Positions 38,350 through 48,892 of a stretch of 64,000 bases of DNA are shown here, piece by piece. The notes beneath the pieces were generated by a model. That model saw nothing but the letters and a program-made list of their open reading frames with translations. It did not search any database and was not told the origin of the DNA. A program made the translations under genes and the position numbers. Source of the DNA: an uncultured bacterium (GTDB taxonomy: Bacteria > Omnitrophota > Omnitrophia > Omnitrophales > CAZLUT01); assembly GCA_964562805.1 (NCBI GenBank), contig CAZLUT010000003.1, forward strand, positions 6,707 to 70,706. The letters are read 5' to 3'. The first letter of the stretch is position 1. Each line of letters starts with the position of its first letter.

Positions 38350-40007
38350 TATCTCCTCAATATTTCCTTCGCGTGCTTTAATGATGTCTCCGTGAGATCT
38401 TTGCCCGAAAGCATCTTCGCTATCTCTTGAATTCTAGGGTCGCCTTCCAGTTTTTCAAACTGCACCTGGGTTTTGCCGCCAGCTACCCGTTTAATCACGT
38501 TCCAATGACAAGCCGCGTGCGAGGCAACAGGAGCCAAGTGAGTAATCGAAATAACCGCGTGGTTCAGGGCAACTTCTTCCAGTTTCCGCCCGATCACAGG
38601 GCCAAGACGGCCGCCAATACCCGAATCAATTTCATCAAAAACCAATGTGCTCACCGGCTGAACTTTAGAAAAGCATTTTTTAATCGCCAGCTGAATACGG
38701 GAGGCTTCACCGCCTGATGCTACTTTTGCGAGTGGTTTCAATGCCTCGCCCTTATTAGCAGAGAGAAGAAACTCGATTCTGTCTTTACCTCTCGAATGAA
38801 AATCCGTCGGCTCTATAAGCACCTTAAAATGTGCTTGCTTCATTTCGAGACTTTCCAGCTCTTCGGTCACCATTTTTTCTATTTTAGAAGCCGCCTCAGT
38901 TCTTATTCGACTGATTCCTGCGGCTTCCTGTGACATCGTGCTCTCGATTTTCTCGATTTCTTCATCAAATTTTTTTAAATTTTTATCGCTTGATTCCAAC
39001 AGGGTAAAACGGTTTTTTGCTTCATCAAAAAACCGCAGGATATCTTCGAGGGTTTTACCGTATTTTTTCTTTAAACTATCCAGCAAATCAATCCTTTCCA
39101 TTACGGCTTCAAGCCGCTCCGGGTCGTGCTCGAGAGACTCACCATAATCATCTAAGGATCTCGACAGCTCTCCAATTTTAATTTCGAGTGATTCAGCTTC
39201 CTCTTGTAACCTTTTCAGGTTTTTACTCGGATCAATTTTGGTGAGCATCGTAAAAAGCCGGCTGATTTGGCCGCTCCCTGAAAGCAGTGAATTTTCATCA
39301 TCGGATAATTTTTGGGCACATTCCCGGTAAAGATTCCCCAACTTTTCAGCGCTGTTTAATCTGATCTTAAGTTCTTCGAGCCCCTCATCTTTTTCCGGAT
39401 TAATGCGGGCTGCTTCAATTTCTTTAATTTGATACTGAAGCAAATCCATCTCTCTTTCCTTCTGAGTTAAAGAATCTATCAAAATTTGCTTCTCAGCCAG
39501 CAGCTCGACTCGATGCTCATATAATTTTTTAAAAGATTCTATTTTTTTCTGGAGCCCCGCGAACATATCGAGAAGAAGTGCCTGTTCGACCGTATCATAA
39601 AGACTTTCGCTTTCCCTTTGGCCAAAAATATCAACTAGCCGGGGAGCTATCTGCTTTAACTGTGACGCTGTTGAGAGAACACCATTTAGGAAGCTTCGGG
39701 TTTTAGAGGTTCCTTCAGCCGACCTTTTAATAATAACGAGACCCTCTTCGGGGGTAAGATTTTTTTCTTTCAGCTCTTTTTCCAGGAAAGATTTTTCTTC
39801 AATTTGAAAAATAGCTTCAACCGATAAGGTTTTCCCGGGGCGAAGCCACGTCGACTCAAGCCGATTTCCTAAGGCAAAGCCTAGAGCTTCAATAACGATA
39901 GATTTGCCGGCTCCCGTTTCACCCGTGAGCACATTGAGTCCTTTTGAAAAATCAAGCAACGCCTCTTCTATCAGCGCAAAATTCTTAACCTTTAACTGGA
40001 CTAGCAT
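38349..40007 (-). CDS. recN: DNA repair protein RecN
   Basis: TGETGAGKS, ASGGEASR, LVFDEIDSG, ITH. Confidence 0.96.
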   Translation of the reverse strand: MLVQLKVKNFALIEEALLDFSKGLNVLTGETGAGKSIVIEALGFALGNRLESTWLRPGKTLSVEAIFQIEEKSFLEKELKEKNLTPEEGLVIIKRSAEGTSKTRSFLNGVLSTASQLKQIAPRLVDIFGQRESESLYDTVEQALLLDMFAGLQKKIESFKKLYEHRVELLAEKQILIDSLTQKEREMDLLQYQIKEIEAARINPEKDEGLEELKIRLNSAEKLGNLYRECAQKLSDDENSLLSGSGQISRLFTMLTKIDPSKNLKRLQEEAESLEIKIGELSRSLDDYGESLEHDPERLEAVMERIDLLDSLKKKYGKTLEDILRFFDEAKNRFTLLESSDKNLKKFDEEIEKIESTMSQEAAGISRIRTEAASKIEKMVTEELESLEMKQAHFKVLIEPTDFHSRGKDRIEFLLSANKGEALKPLAKVASGGEASRIQLAIKKCFSKVQPVSTLVFDEIDSGIGGRLGPVIGRKLEEVALNHAVISITHLAPVASHAACHWNVIKRVAGGKTQVQFEKLEGDPRIQEIAKMLSGKDLTETSLKHAKEILRR

Positions 40008-40019
40008 TTCTTTAATCTA

Positions 40020-40433
40020 TCACCTGCCACCTTCATAGGTTACCCATCCTGTATCCGTCTCATAAATTCGAACCGCATCTAACCGAACTCCGCTTGGAAG
40101 TTTTTTTTCTATAATATCCCAAAAGACCAGCGTCAAATTTTCTGAGGTGGGATTGATATCTTTTAAAAAATCAACATCCACCGTTAGGTCCCGATGGTCC
40201 ACCTTATTATAAATTTCTTCTATCAAAATTTTTTTAAGATCAATCAGATTCATAACCATTCCACTGGCGGGATCCTGTTTACCCTTAACGGTCACCTCCA
40301 GGACATAGTTATGCCCATGCCGGTCAGGATTATTATCTTTGCCGAATAATTTAGAATTTTCTTCCGCCGTAAGCTCAGGATTGTTAAGCCAATGAGCTGC
40401 GCTGAACCGAATTTTTTTTGTAATGCTGATCAT
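40020..40433 (-). CDS. 6-pyruvoyl/6-carboxy-tetrahydropterin synthase family protein (Cys-to-Asp variant)
   Basis: FSAAH, GKDNNPDRHGHNY, DHRDL, PTSENL, ET; ATG at 40433 overlaps the mazG TGA. Confidence 0.85.
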   Translation of the reverse strand: MISITKKIRFSAAHWLNNPELTAEENSKLFGKDNNPDRHGHNYVLEVTVKGKQDPASGMVMNLIDLKKILIEEIYNKVDHRDLTVDVDFLKDINPTSENLTLVFWDIIEKKLPSGVRLDAVRIYETDTGWVTYEGGR

Positions 40434-41194
40434 CCTAGTTCTCGTTTTGCCTCCTGCCACAGCCTCTCCAATTCGCTAGGCTTCATTTTATCAAGCTTTA
40501 AGCGGGAAGCAGAAGCTGCTTCTTCCATAAATTGAAACCTTTTTCTAAATTTACGATTCGCGGCAATAAGAGCTACTTCCGGATCTGTATTTAAGTGACG
40601 CGAAAAATGAGCGACGGTAAAAAGAAAATCCCCCATCTCTTCTTTGATTTTTTTTTGGTTGCCTTTTTTAAGCTCACATTTAATCTCTCGAAGCTCTTCT
40701 TCCATTTTTTTCATCACCTGTTGCGTTTTTTTCCAATCAAACCCGACCCGTCCTACTTTTTTTCCGATTCTATAAGTTTCCAAGAGAGACGGCTGATAGT
40801 GATTAATATTATCGAGCAAAGACTTCCCAGCCTTCCCTCTCTCTTTCGTTTTCGCCTGATCCCAAAATTTATGGGCATGCTCCGCGTTTTTAGCCTTCCC
40901 GGCACCAAAAACATGAGGGTGACGACGGATCAATTTCTCCTCAATGGCTTTAATAATAGATTGTTTTGTATAGCGTTTTTTTTCTTCCCCGATAACGATC
41001 ATGGCAGCAATAACAGCGATTACATCCCCCAGTTCTTCATTTATCTTTTCGGGGTTTTTCGTATCAATCGCCTCAAGCACCTCATATGTCTCTTCGAGCA
41101 GACAGCGTTTCAAGCTTTCTAAGGTCTGCTTCTTGTCCCAGGGACACCCCTGCTTACCCCGTAATTTCTTGATAATCTTAACTATTTTTTCCAT
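40430..41194 (-). CDS. mazG: Nucleoside triphosphate pyrophosphohydrolase MazG
   Basis: CPWDKKQT, EETYE, EELGD, RRHPHVF, GFDW, EEMGD. Confidence 0.95.
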   Translation of the reverse strand: MEKIVKIIKKLRGKQGCPWDKKQTLESLKRCLLEETYEVLEAIDTKNPEKINEELGDVIAVIAAMIVIGEEKKRYTKQSIIKAIEEKLIRRHPHVFGAGKAKNAEHAHKFWDQAKTKERGKAGKSLLDNINHYQPSLLETYRIGKKVGRVGFDWKKTQQVMKKMEEELREIKCELKKGNQKKIKEEMGDFLFTVAHFSRHLNTDPEVALIAANRKFRKRFQFMEEAASASRLKLDKMKPSELERLWQEAKRELG

Positions 41195-41196
41195 GA

Positions 41197-43254
41197 CTAA
41201 TCCAAATAAAATTCCCGCTCATTCCGGATGCTTGTAGGCTCAACTTCATCAGGGATAAACGCGATGTCATCCATAAAGCTCTGATGGTCCATCATTAGAC
41301 CGGGACCGAGATACTTCAATAAATGTCCGGGGATCTCGTTTAAAAAACGGCTGGGCAATTTCGAATCTCTAAAACCATAAAGCATTCGGCTTGAAGCAAA
41401 TGTCAGCATCACCTGCTTCATAGCGCGGGTAATCCCTACGTAGCAGAGCCTTCGCTCTTCTTCCATATCACGCGGGTTTTGAGTTAAAGAATTGGCATGA
41501 GGAAAAATTTCCTCTTCCAGACCCACCATAAAAACGTGTTCAAACTCAAGTCCCTTAGCCATATGAAAGGTCATCAAGGTCAAAGATTCCTCTTCCGGCG
41601 TCCATTTGTCCAAATCAGTTGCTAAAGTAATGCTTTCCAGAAAATTCCTCAGAGGATCTTCCTTGGTGTTTTCATTTCGCTCGGCGCCGCTAAAAAATAC
41701 ATCGCGCGCCAGAGGATTTGATTCAAAATCAAGGGCAACACTGATAAATTCTTTAAGGTTTTCAACGCGGGCCTTGGCCTCGATTGTATCTTCATTTTGA
41801 AGCTCCGCTAAGATACCGGTATCCTCCATCACTTCTTCGATCAGTTCTGAAAGGTGAATTTCAAACCGGCGGCCTGCCAAATGAGCGCGGGTTTTTAAAA
41901 GTGAAGCGATGGAATGAATAACTTTTTCTCTCAAATTTGAAATTTGAGAAGTTTCATTCAAGGCCCGAAAAAAAGAGATTTGTTTTTCTTTCGCATAGCT
42001 ATCCAAAATTTCTAAAGTTTTTTTACCAATGCCGCGTCCCGGAACATTAATAATGCGTTTAAAACTAATATCATCATCAGGGTTGACTAAAACGCGAAGA
42101 TACGCGATCAGATCTTTAATTTCCCGGCGATCATAAAACCGCACTCCACCCACAATCCGGTAAGGCAGACGGTGCTTTCGAAAAGTATCTTCAAACACCC
42201 GGGATTGGGCATGAACTCTGTAAAAAACAACAATATCCCGCAAAGAAATTCCCTGATTTTTTAATTCATAGATCTCTTTGGCAATAAAACCGGCCTCGTC
42301 CTTCTCATCCCGGGCCTCATAAAGATAAAGCGGTTTACCCTCTCCTTTTGACGACCATAAATCCTTGGGTTTCCGATCGCGGTTATAACTAATCAAATGA
42401 TTAGCGGCCTCTAAAATTTTCGTGGGCGAACGGTAATTTTCATCCAGAGTAATATGTTTGCAATCGGGATAGTCTGTTTCAAAGTCCAGAATGTTCTGAA
42501 TATCAGCGCCACGCCACGCATAAATCGACTGATCGGGGTCGCCGACTACGGTAAGGTTTTTGTATTTTGAAGCTAATAATTTAATTAAATGATATTGGGC
42601 GCGGTTTGTATCCTGATACTCATCAATTAAAATATATTGGAAACGTTCTTGGTATGACTCAAGAACGTCAGGTGCGGATTGAAATAATCTTACGGTCTTC
42701 GAGATCAGATCGCCAAAATCCAATCCGCCTAATTTTTGAAGCTTTCTCTCATAGAGATCATAGACCTTACCTAAAATATCTTCCCAATGATCCCCGGCAA
42801 CCTGTTTGATATCTTCGGGGGATTTCAAATCATCTTTTGCGCGGCTGATTGATTCTCGTAAACCTTTGGGATTAAAATGTTTTTCATTAAAACCCAATTC
42901 CGCCAGACATTCTTTAATCAAGACAAGCTGATCTGAGTCGTCATAAACCGTAAAATCTTTCGGAATTCCGATCCGGTGACCGTCTGCTCTTAAGATTTTG
43001 AGCCCTGTTGCGTGAAAAGTCGCGACCCAAACATCCCGGTCAACAAGCTGACGAACACGCTCCCGCATCTCGCCGGCGGCTTTATTTGTAAACGTAACTG
43101 CCAAAATTTGAAATGAAAATACGCCTTTTTGAATCAGATGAGCAATTCGATGTGTTAGGACTCTCGTTTTACCGGTTCCAGCGCCCGCTACAATTAAAAG
43201 CGGTCCCTCTCCGTGCTGAACCGCTTCTTTTTGCGCCGGATTTAAATTAAACAT
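41197..43254 (-). CDS. pcrA: ATP-dependent DNA helicase PcrA/UvrD
   Basis: AGAGTGKT, TFTNKAA, DEYQDTN, GDPDQSIY, NYRS, KGLEF, EERRLCYVGITRA. Confidence 0.95.
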   Translation of the reverse strand: MFNLNPAQKEAVQHGEGPLLIVAGAGTGKTRVLTHRIAHLIQKGVFSFQILAVTFTNKAAGEMRERVRQLVDRDVWVATFHATGLKILRADGHRIGIPKDFTVYDDSDQLVLIKECLAELGFNEKHFNPKGLRESISRAKDDLKSPEDIKQVAGDHWEDILGKVYDLYERKLQKLGGLDFGDLISKTVRLFQSAPDVLESYQERFQYILIDEYQDTNRAQYHLIKLLASKYKNLTVVGDPDQSIYAWRGADIQNILDFETDYPDCKHITLDENYRSPTKILEAANHLISYNRDRKPKDLWSSKGEGKPLYLYEARDEKDEAGFIAKEIYELKNQGISLRDIVVFYRVHAQSRVFEDTFRKHRLPYRIVGGVRFYDRREIKDLIAYLRVLVNPDDDISFKRIINVPGRGIGKKTLEILDSYAKEKQISFFRALNETSQISNLREKVIHSIASLLKTRAHLAGRRFEIHLSELIEEVMEDTGILAELQNEDTIEAKARVENLKEFISVALDFESNPLARDVFFSGAERNENTKEDPLRNFLESITLATDLDKWTPEEESLTLMTFHMAKGLEFEHVFMVGLEEEIFPHANSLTQNPRDMEEERRLCYVGITRAMKQVMLTFASSRMLYGFRDSKLPSRFLNEIPGHLLKYLGPGLMMDHQSFMDDIAFIPDEVEPTSIRNEREFYLD

Positions 43255-43277
43255 TTATAGATTTAAAACTCTCCTTA

Positions 43278-43733
43278 TTAATCCGGTTTTACAGAATGAT
43301 TATTGGATGTCTTAAGAATAGGATAAAACTTCAATTTTTTCCGTAACCCACGCCAATAGTCATGATTCAAGGCTTCTTCTAAATTATAAACATTTTCGAA
43401 ATCGCTCAATTTATCTTCTTCGTTTTTAAAAAGGAGCCCCGCTTCTATCATCGCAAATACAACCTGACCCATATCCTTGGTGGAGCGTATCCCCCAGTAT
43501 TCAAGAACCGAATGCGCCATAGGACCGTATTCTTTTATGGCTAAATCGCGAATGCCCTTGGCCAATTCTTGCCCCGAAACATGCCTTTTTTTCTTGAGGC
43601 GATCCATCGTAAAGTGAAGCCCCGCCATCACAAAACCGAATGTTTCCATTTTAAAAGTGGGATGCTCTCCGGCAAGCTTTTCGAGCTTAGTATAAATTTC
43701 TTTTGCCTTTTTAACGGCTTCTTTTTTACTCAC
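43278..43733 (-). CDS. Minf_1886-like (Verrucomicrobia/Planctomycetes-restricted) protein
   Basis: RHVSGQEL...YGPMA..VLEYWGIRST.DMG.VVF.MI...D...DF pattern. Confidence 0.8.
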   Translation of the reverse strand: MSKKEAVKKAKEIYTKLEKLAGEHPTFKMETFGFVMAGLHFTMDRLKKKRHVSGQELAKGIRDLAIKEYGPMAHSVLEYWGIRSTKDMGQVVFAMIEAGLLFKNEEDKLSDFENVYNLEEALNHDYWRGLRKKLKFYPILKTSNNHSVKPD

Positions 43734-44428
43734 GCGGCAACACTTCCTTTCGACCCATAAAACTCGTTTGATAATTCTTGGGCCCGTCTCACAACATCAG
43801 CTCCGAGTTCAGCTTCCTTAAAATTGATACCTAATTCGTTCTCAAAAGATTCTCTGAGCGTCTCCGTAAAAAAATCGGGCTCAAAAGAATATTCCTGCTC
43901 TAACTGTAGCATAATTGATCCTTGATGCAGTAGGACGTTTTTACGTCTTTTCTGAGCGCCTCCCACGATTTTTTTATTTTTAAAAAGAAGGTCTCCCGGC
44001 ACCGGATTTTTAAAACACGCGCTCCGACTAATCTCAGGGGAAACCTTAACACCTTCTGTCTTAGCCTGCACCGCTCGAATTGACCTTTCTTTAAAAGCAA
44101 GCTGAATAATTTTATGTATCCAGAAATAACTTTTCTCTACCGATTTCGCCGCTGGAAATTCAGCACTGTTAATTCCTAACGAAAAAACCAAATCCTTATC
44201 ATGAAAAACAACCCCGCCGCCCGTCAAACGTCTTACAACCGGCAAATCAAAACTTTCCTCATTATTTCTTTTTGAAAAATAACCGATTGTTATTGACGGC
44301 TTCTCCATCGTATAGCACCTTAAAAAGCATGACGCCTCACCTCTGGCCACCTTCTCAAACAACGCATGATCCAATGCCATCTGAAAAGAAGCTGAAAGAT
44401 TAAAATTTTTATAAAAAAAACAAGCCAT
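43730..44428 (-). CDS. Lipoate-protein ligase/octanoyltransferase (LplA/LipM-like)
   Basis: MALD, VVRRLTGGGVVFH, CF, KIVGGAQ, HQGSI; follows the gcv genes. Confidence 0.88.
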   Translation of the reverse strand: MACFFYKNFNLSASFQMALDHALFEKVARGEASCFLRCYTMEKPSITIGYFSKRNNEESFDLPVVRRLTGGGVVFHDKDLVFSLGINSAEFPAAKSVEKSYFWIHKIIQLAFKERSIRAVQAKTEGVKVSPEISRSACFKNPVPGDLLFKNKKIVGGAQKRRKNVLLHQGSIMLQLEQEYSFEPDFFTETLRESFENELGINFKEAELGADVVRRAQELSNEFYGSKGSVAA

Positions 44429-45912
44429 TATTTAGAAACAGCCTGCGATAAGGTAATTTCTGGGGACCAGCACAAATTGGGATTACGAGCTGCCGTTACC
44501 TCATCGCACCTCGTTACGGGGGTAGTGAGAGGTGCCGATTTCACTTTTCCGGGATCGCTCTGGCACTCCCTGGCAATACAAGTCATCACTTTAACAAATT
44601 GATCTAGAGTTTCTTTGGATTCTGTTTCGGTGGGCTCAATCATTAACGCCTCGGAAACAATTAAAGGAAAGTAAACCGTTGGAGCGTGGACTCCATAATC
44701 TAAAAGACGTTTCCCGATATCACCGGCTCCAATTCCGCCCTTCTTCTGCCGGGAAGCAGACAGCACAAATTCATGCATACAAATTCCATTTATTGGTAAA
44801 TCATAGTCTTTCGAGAGTTTGACACGCAAATAATTCGCGTTCAATATCGAAAGTTTACCAACACGCTTAATTCCCTCTAAACCCAATATCCGTAGATAAG
44901 TGTAAGCCCGAATTAAAATACCGGTATTTCCATAAAAAGCCTTCATTCTACCGACTGACCCGGAGTCTCCCTCTTTAACGCAATAGGATCCGCTTTTCCT
45001 TTTTTCAATTAAGCCCACGGGCAAGAAGTGCGCCAAATGACTTTTAACTCCAACCGGTCCGGCCCCGGGACCTCCGCCGCCATGAGGAGTAGAAAAAGTT
45101 TTATGAAGATTGAGATGAATAATATCAAAACCCATATCACCCGGCCTGCAAATACCCATCAAGGGGTTCATGTTGGCCCCATCGTAGTAAAGCAGCCCCC
45201 CGGCCTGGTGAACCAATTTAACGATCTCTGAAATATCTTCTTCGAAAAGACCGAGAGTATTGGGGTTTGTCAGCATGAGGCAGGCCGTCTCATCCGTCAG
45301 AGCTTCCCGAAGCTCATTTAAATCCACACATCCCTTAGTATTTGACTTTATTGTTTTTACCTCAAAACCAAATTGAGCCGCACTCGCTGGGTTGGTGCCG
45401 TGTGAAGAATCAGGTACTATCACAATACGCCGCTTTGAATCATTGCGGGCTTTGTGATAAGCCTTTACGATCATCATCCCGAGTAATTCTCCATGAGCAC
45501 CGGCTGCGGGTGAAAAAGTAAACCGGTCCATTCCGGTTAATTCTTTTAGATCACCCTCCATCTCATAAAGCATTTTCAAAATTCCCTGAACGGACCCCTC
45601 GGATTGGAAGGGGTGAAGGTTCTTGAAGCCAGGAAGGGCTGCCATGTCTTCATTGATTCTTGGGTTATATTTCATCGTACAGGAACCTAAAGGATAAAAA
45701 GAGGTGTCAATCGAAAAATTCTTTTGAGAAAGCCGAGTGAAATGCCTCACAACCTCGGGCTCTGTCACTTCAGGAAGTCCCGCTTTTTTTCTCCGCTTCA
45801 AATTAGATGGTACGGTCTCCAAATACTCTTTTTCCCAGTGCCTTTTCGGAAAATACTCATCGCCCTTGTCCGTATGCGATAATTCAAAAATCAATGGCTC
45901 GATGGACTTCAT
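44428..45912 (-). CDS. gcvPB: Glycine dehydrogenase subunit 2
   Basis: YPLGSCTMKYNP, AGAHGE, HGTNPASA, LNLHKTF, PHGGGGPG. Confidence 0.96.
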   Translation of the reverse strand: MKSIEPLIFELSHTDKGDEYFPKRHWEKEYLETVPSNLKRRKKAGLPEVTEPEVVRHFTRLSQKNFSIDTSFYPLGSCTMKYNPRINEDMAALPGFKNLHPFQSEGSVQGILKMLYEMEGDLKELTGMDRFTFSPAAGAHGELLGMMIVKAYHKARNDSKRRIVIVPDSSHGTNPASAAQFGFEVKTIKSNTKGCVDLNELREALTDETACLMLTNPNTLGLFEEDISEIVKLVHQAGGLLYYDGANMNPLMGICRPGDMGFDIIHLNLHKTFSTPHGGGGPGAGPVGVKSHLAHFLPVGLIEKRKSGSYCVKEGDSGSVGRMKAFYGNTGILIRAYTYLRILGLEGIKRVGKLSILNANYLRVKLSKDYDLPINGICMHEFVLSASRQKKGGIGAGDIGKRLLDYGVHAPTVYFPLIVSEALMIEPTETESKETLDQFVKVMTCIARECQSDPGKVKSAPLTTPVTRCDEVTAARNPNLCWSPEITLSQAVSK

Positions 45913-47252
45913 GATGCCGCTTCTCCCAGAAGCTTAATGAAAGCATCCAGATCATCCCGTGTTTTAGTCTCAGTGACACATACTAAAAAATGATTAGGCA
46001 AATTAATGTCAAATTGCTCCAGGTTGATTCCGCCAAAAACTTTCTTTTTCTCAAGTTTATCTAAAAGTTCTTTTACATCCCCATCGTAACGCACCGCAAA
46101 TTCATTAAAAATGGCGCCTTCAAATGGAATTTGAAACTTTTTTAATTTAGAAATTGCTTCCTTTAAATAAAGGCTGTTCGAAATATTGATCTCATTGACT
46201 CTCTTTAATCCGCTTTCACCCATCAATGAAAGATAAATCGTAGCAGCAAGAGCCATTAAGCCCTGGTTGGTGCAAATATTGGACGCTGCTTTCTCTCTTC
46301 GAATATGCTGCTCTCTTGCCTGTAACGTCAATACAAACGCCCTCTTACCTTCCGTATCTTTTGTAAGCCCCGCTATTCTTCCCGGGATCTTTCTCATCAA
46401 AACCTTGGTAGCGGCAAAAAAACCAAGAAGAGGTCCACCCCAGCTCATTGGAATTCCAAACGGCTGACCTTCACCTGTAACAATATCAGCTCCCCACTCG
46501 CGCGGAGACGTAAAATACGAAAGACTCATCGGGTTAACATTCACTATCAGCAAACCGCCTGCCGCGTGAACCGTTTCCGCGATATCTTCATAATTTTCAA
46601 CAATACCCAAAAAATTAGGAAAGCTAAGTGCCGCGCAGGCTGAGTCCTGAGAAATTTTCTCCTGAATAAATTTCCGGTCCAAACAGCCGGCTGCCGTATA
46701 AGGAATTTCTACAACCTGAACATCCATACCGTCCAGATAAGTTCGAATAACTTCCTTGTAATGAGGGTGAATGAGACTCGAGATCAAAACCTCTTTCCTT
46801 CGCGTGTGATGAATGCTGAGCAAGATCGCTTCTGCCAAGGCTGTAGCGCCATCGTAATGGGACGCATTTGAGACATCCATTCCGGTTAGGCGGCACATCA
46901 GAGTTTGAAATTCGTAGATCGCCTGAAGTGTGCCCTGAGAAGCTTCGGCCTGATAAGGAGTATATGCGGTCAAAAATTCGCCGCGTGAAATCAAATGATT
47001 AATAACAGAAGGAATAAAGTGCTCATAAATTCCGCCGCCCAAAAAACTCAAACTCTCTCCGGTATGGACATTGCTGGCGCCAAGCGATTCGATTTCTTTT
47101 TTAACCGCTAATTCACCCGGGCTCTCTGGAATTCGAATTTCCGGGTGAAGCAACTTTTTAGGAATTTTTTTAAGAAGATCGTCAAAATTTTTTACTCCGA
47201 TTTCCCGGAGCATTTCCTTCTCATCGCCGGAAGTAATCGGGAAATAGGACAT
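45909..47252 (-). CDS. gcvPA: Glycine dehydrogenase subunit 1
   Basis: TAYTPYQAEASQG, NASHYDG, REQHIRREKAASNICTN. Confidence 0.96.
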   Translation of the reverse strand: MSYFPITSGDEKEMLREIGVKNFDDLLKKIPKKLLHPEIRIPESPGELAVKKEIESLGASNVHTGESLSFLGGGIYEHFIPSVINHLISRGEFLTAYTPYQAEASQGTLQAIYEFQTLMCRLTGMDVSNASHYDGATALAEAILLSIHHTRRKEVLISSLIHPHYKEVIRTYLDGMDVQVVEIPYTAAGCLDRKFIQEKISQDSACAALSFPNFLGIVENYEDIAETVHAAGGLLIVNVNPMSLSYFTSPREWGADIVTGEGQPFGIPMSWGGPLLGFFAATKVLMRKIPGRIAGLTKDTEGKRAFVLTLQAREQHIRREKAASNICTNQGLMALAATIYLSLMGESGLKRVNEINISNSLYLKEAISKLKKFQIPFEGAIFNEFAVRYDGDVKELLDKLEKKKVFGGINLEQFDINLPNHFLVCVTETKTRDDLDAFIKLLGEAAS

Positions 47253-47641
47253 TAATGAGCGCCCTCTGCGATGTATTTTTCATACGAGGATTTATCCATC
47301 AAATCAACAGCTTCGCTTGCCTCGCTCGTCCTAATCTTAAAAAGCCATCCTTTTCCGTAGGGGTCATCATTAATAACGCCAGGGTCTGACTCTAGGTCTT
47401 TGTTGGAGGCAATCACTTCACCCGATAAAGGGGCATAGATATCAAAGGCCGCTTTTACCGATTCAACAACGGCTAGCATCTCCCCCTGTTTAACGTTTTG
47501 GCCCGTTTGAGGCACTTCGATAAAGACAACATCTGAAATCTCTTTCTGCGCATAATCGCTGATGCCGCAGATCACTGTATCACCTTCGGTTTGAACCCAT
47601 TCATGGGACTTAGAATACTTTAAATTATCCGGAAAATTCAT
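47252..47641 (-). CDS. gcvH: Glycine cleavage system H protein
   Basis: HEW, GISDYAQ, VESVKAA (lipoyl Lys), DPYGKGW. Confidence 0.96.
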   Translation of the reverse strand: MNFPDNLKYSKSHEWVQTEGDTVICGISDYAQKEISDVVFIEVPQTGQNVKQGEMLAVVESVKAAFDIYAPLSGEVIASNKDLESDPGVINDDPYGKGWLFKIRTSEASEAVDLMDKSSYEKYIAEGAH

Positions 47642-47707
47642 AGATAACTCCTCTATAGCTTGTTATCAGTTTTTGAGTAGAGTTTATAACTTATCAGATA
47701 TAACTTC

Positions 47708-48838
47708 TCAAGAAATTTTCTTCGAAAACCTCTTGAGTGAGCCGCCGATATAAAAGGGGCCTTTGACTATCCGGCAAGGAATTTTTTGGCCTCGAATTTC
47801 AATCTCAACACCCTCAATAACCGGCTTTGGGGAATCAATATATCCCAAACCAATATTTTTCTTTAAAGTTGGGCTCATGCCGCCGCTTGTAACAAACCCG
47901 CTTTCTGCGCCGTTCAAATAAAGCTTGTAGCCTGCCCTTGGAATTTGACGTCCCAACGCTTCAAATCCAATAAGTCGCTTCGAAATACCTTTTTCTTTTT
48001 GAGCTTTAATTTTCTCTGAACCGATAAAATTTTTATCAAGATCGACTGCCCAGCTGAGACCGGCTTCGAGAGGCGTCACCTCTTCCGTTAATTCATGTCC
48101 ATAAAGAGAATAACGAGCTTCCAACCTGAGAGAATCCCGAGCACCAAACCCCACGGGGCGAAGACCCAATGCTTCCCCTACCCTTAAAAGCCCTTTCCAA
48201 AAATCTCCGCCTTTTGGCTTAGGTAATAAAATTTCAAACCCATCTTCCCCTGTGTATCCGGTGCGGCAAATAATAACTTCGACTCCCTGGTAATTAAAAA
48301 TCTGAAATTGAAACCGCATAACTTTTGAAAAATCAAGCCCAGTAAATTCCGTTATAATTGCTTCGGATTTGGGTCCTTGAAGCGCAAAAAAAGTTTTCCT
48401 AAAACTAAAATCGGTAAGCTTTACCTGAAAATCTTTTTGATTTGAACTCAGCCATTCCCAGTCCTCGGAAATTCTCGAGGCATTTACCACCAAAAAATAC
48501 TCATGGATATTCTTTTCATAAAGAATCACATCATCAATAATGCCTCCCGCCTCATTTGTCATTAACGAATAAATGCCTGCCTCCGGCTTTAATTTGTCGA
48601 AATTAGCAGTTAAGAGCGAACTTAGAAATTCTCTGGCATCGAGCCCCTCGATTAGAAAATAGCCCATATGTGATACATCAAAAAGTCCCGCGGTATTCCG
48701 AACTGCCTCGTGTTCTTCGATAATACTGGTGAAATAAATAGGGACTTCCCAGCCGGCAAAGTCAGCTATTTTCGCTCCCTTTTCCCGGTGTAATTCTAAA
48801 AGCGGGAGCGGCTTAGTTTGAAATAAATCGTTTTCCAT
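47708..48838 (-). CDS. gcvT: Glycine cleavage system aminomethyltransferase T
   Basis: FAGW, FDVSHMG, RTGYTGEDGFE, GARDSLRLEA. Confidence 0.96.
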   Translation of the reverse strand: MENDLFQTKPLPLLELHREKGAKIADFAGWEVPIYFTSIIEEHEAVRNTAGLFDVSHMGYFLIEGLDAREFLSSLLTANFDKLKPEAGIYSLMTNEAGGIIDDVILYEKNIHEYFLVVNASRISEDWEWLSSNQKDFQVKLTDFSFRKTFFALQGPKSEAIITEFTGLDFSKVMRFQFQIFNYQGVEVIICRTGYTGEDGFEILLPKPKGGDFWKGLLRVGEALGLRPVGFGARDSLRLEARYSLYGHELTEEVTPLEAGLSWAVDLDKNFIGSEKIKAQKEKGISKRLIGFEALGRQIPRAGYKLYLNGAESGFVTSGGMSPTLKKNIGLGYIDSPKPVIEGVEIEIRGQKIPCRIVKGPFYIGGSLKRFSKKIS

Positions 48839-48892
48839 ATTTAAAAATTAAGGAAAGGCGTTGATTTGACTTTATTAAAGTAATATTTTCTC

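Noticed and set aside
48839-48892. Glycine riboswitch upstream of gcvT
   Set aside because: Only 54 nt of intergenic space and no aptamer consensus.
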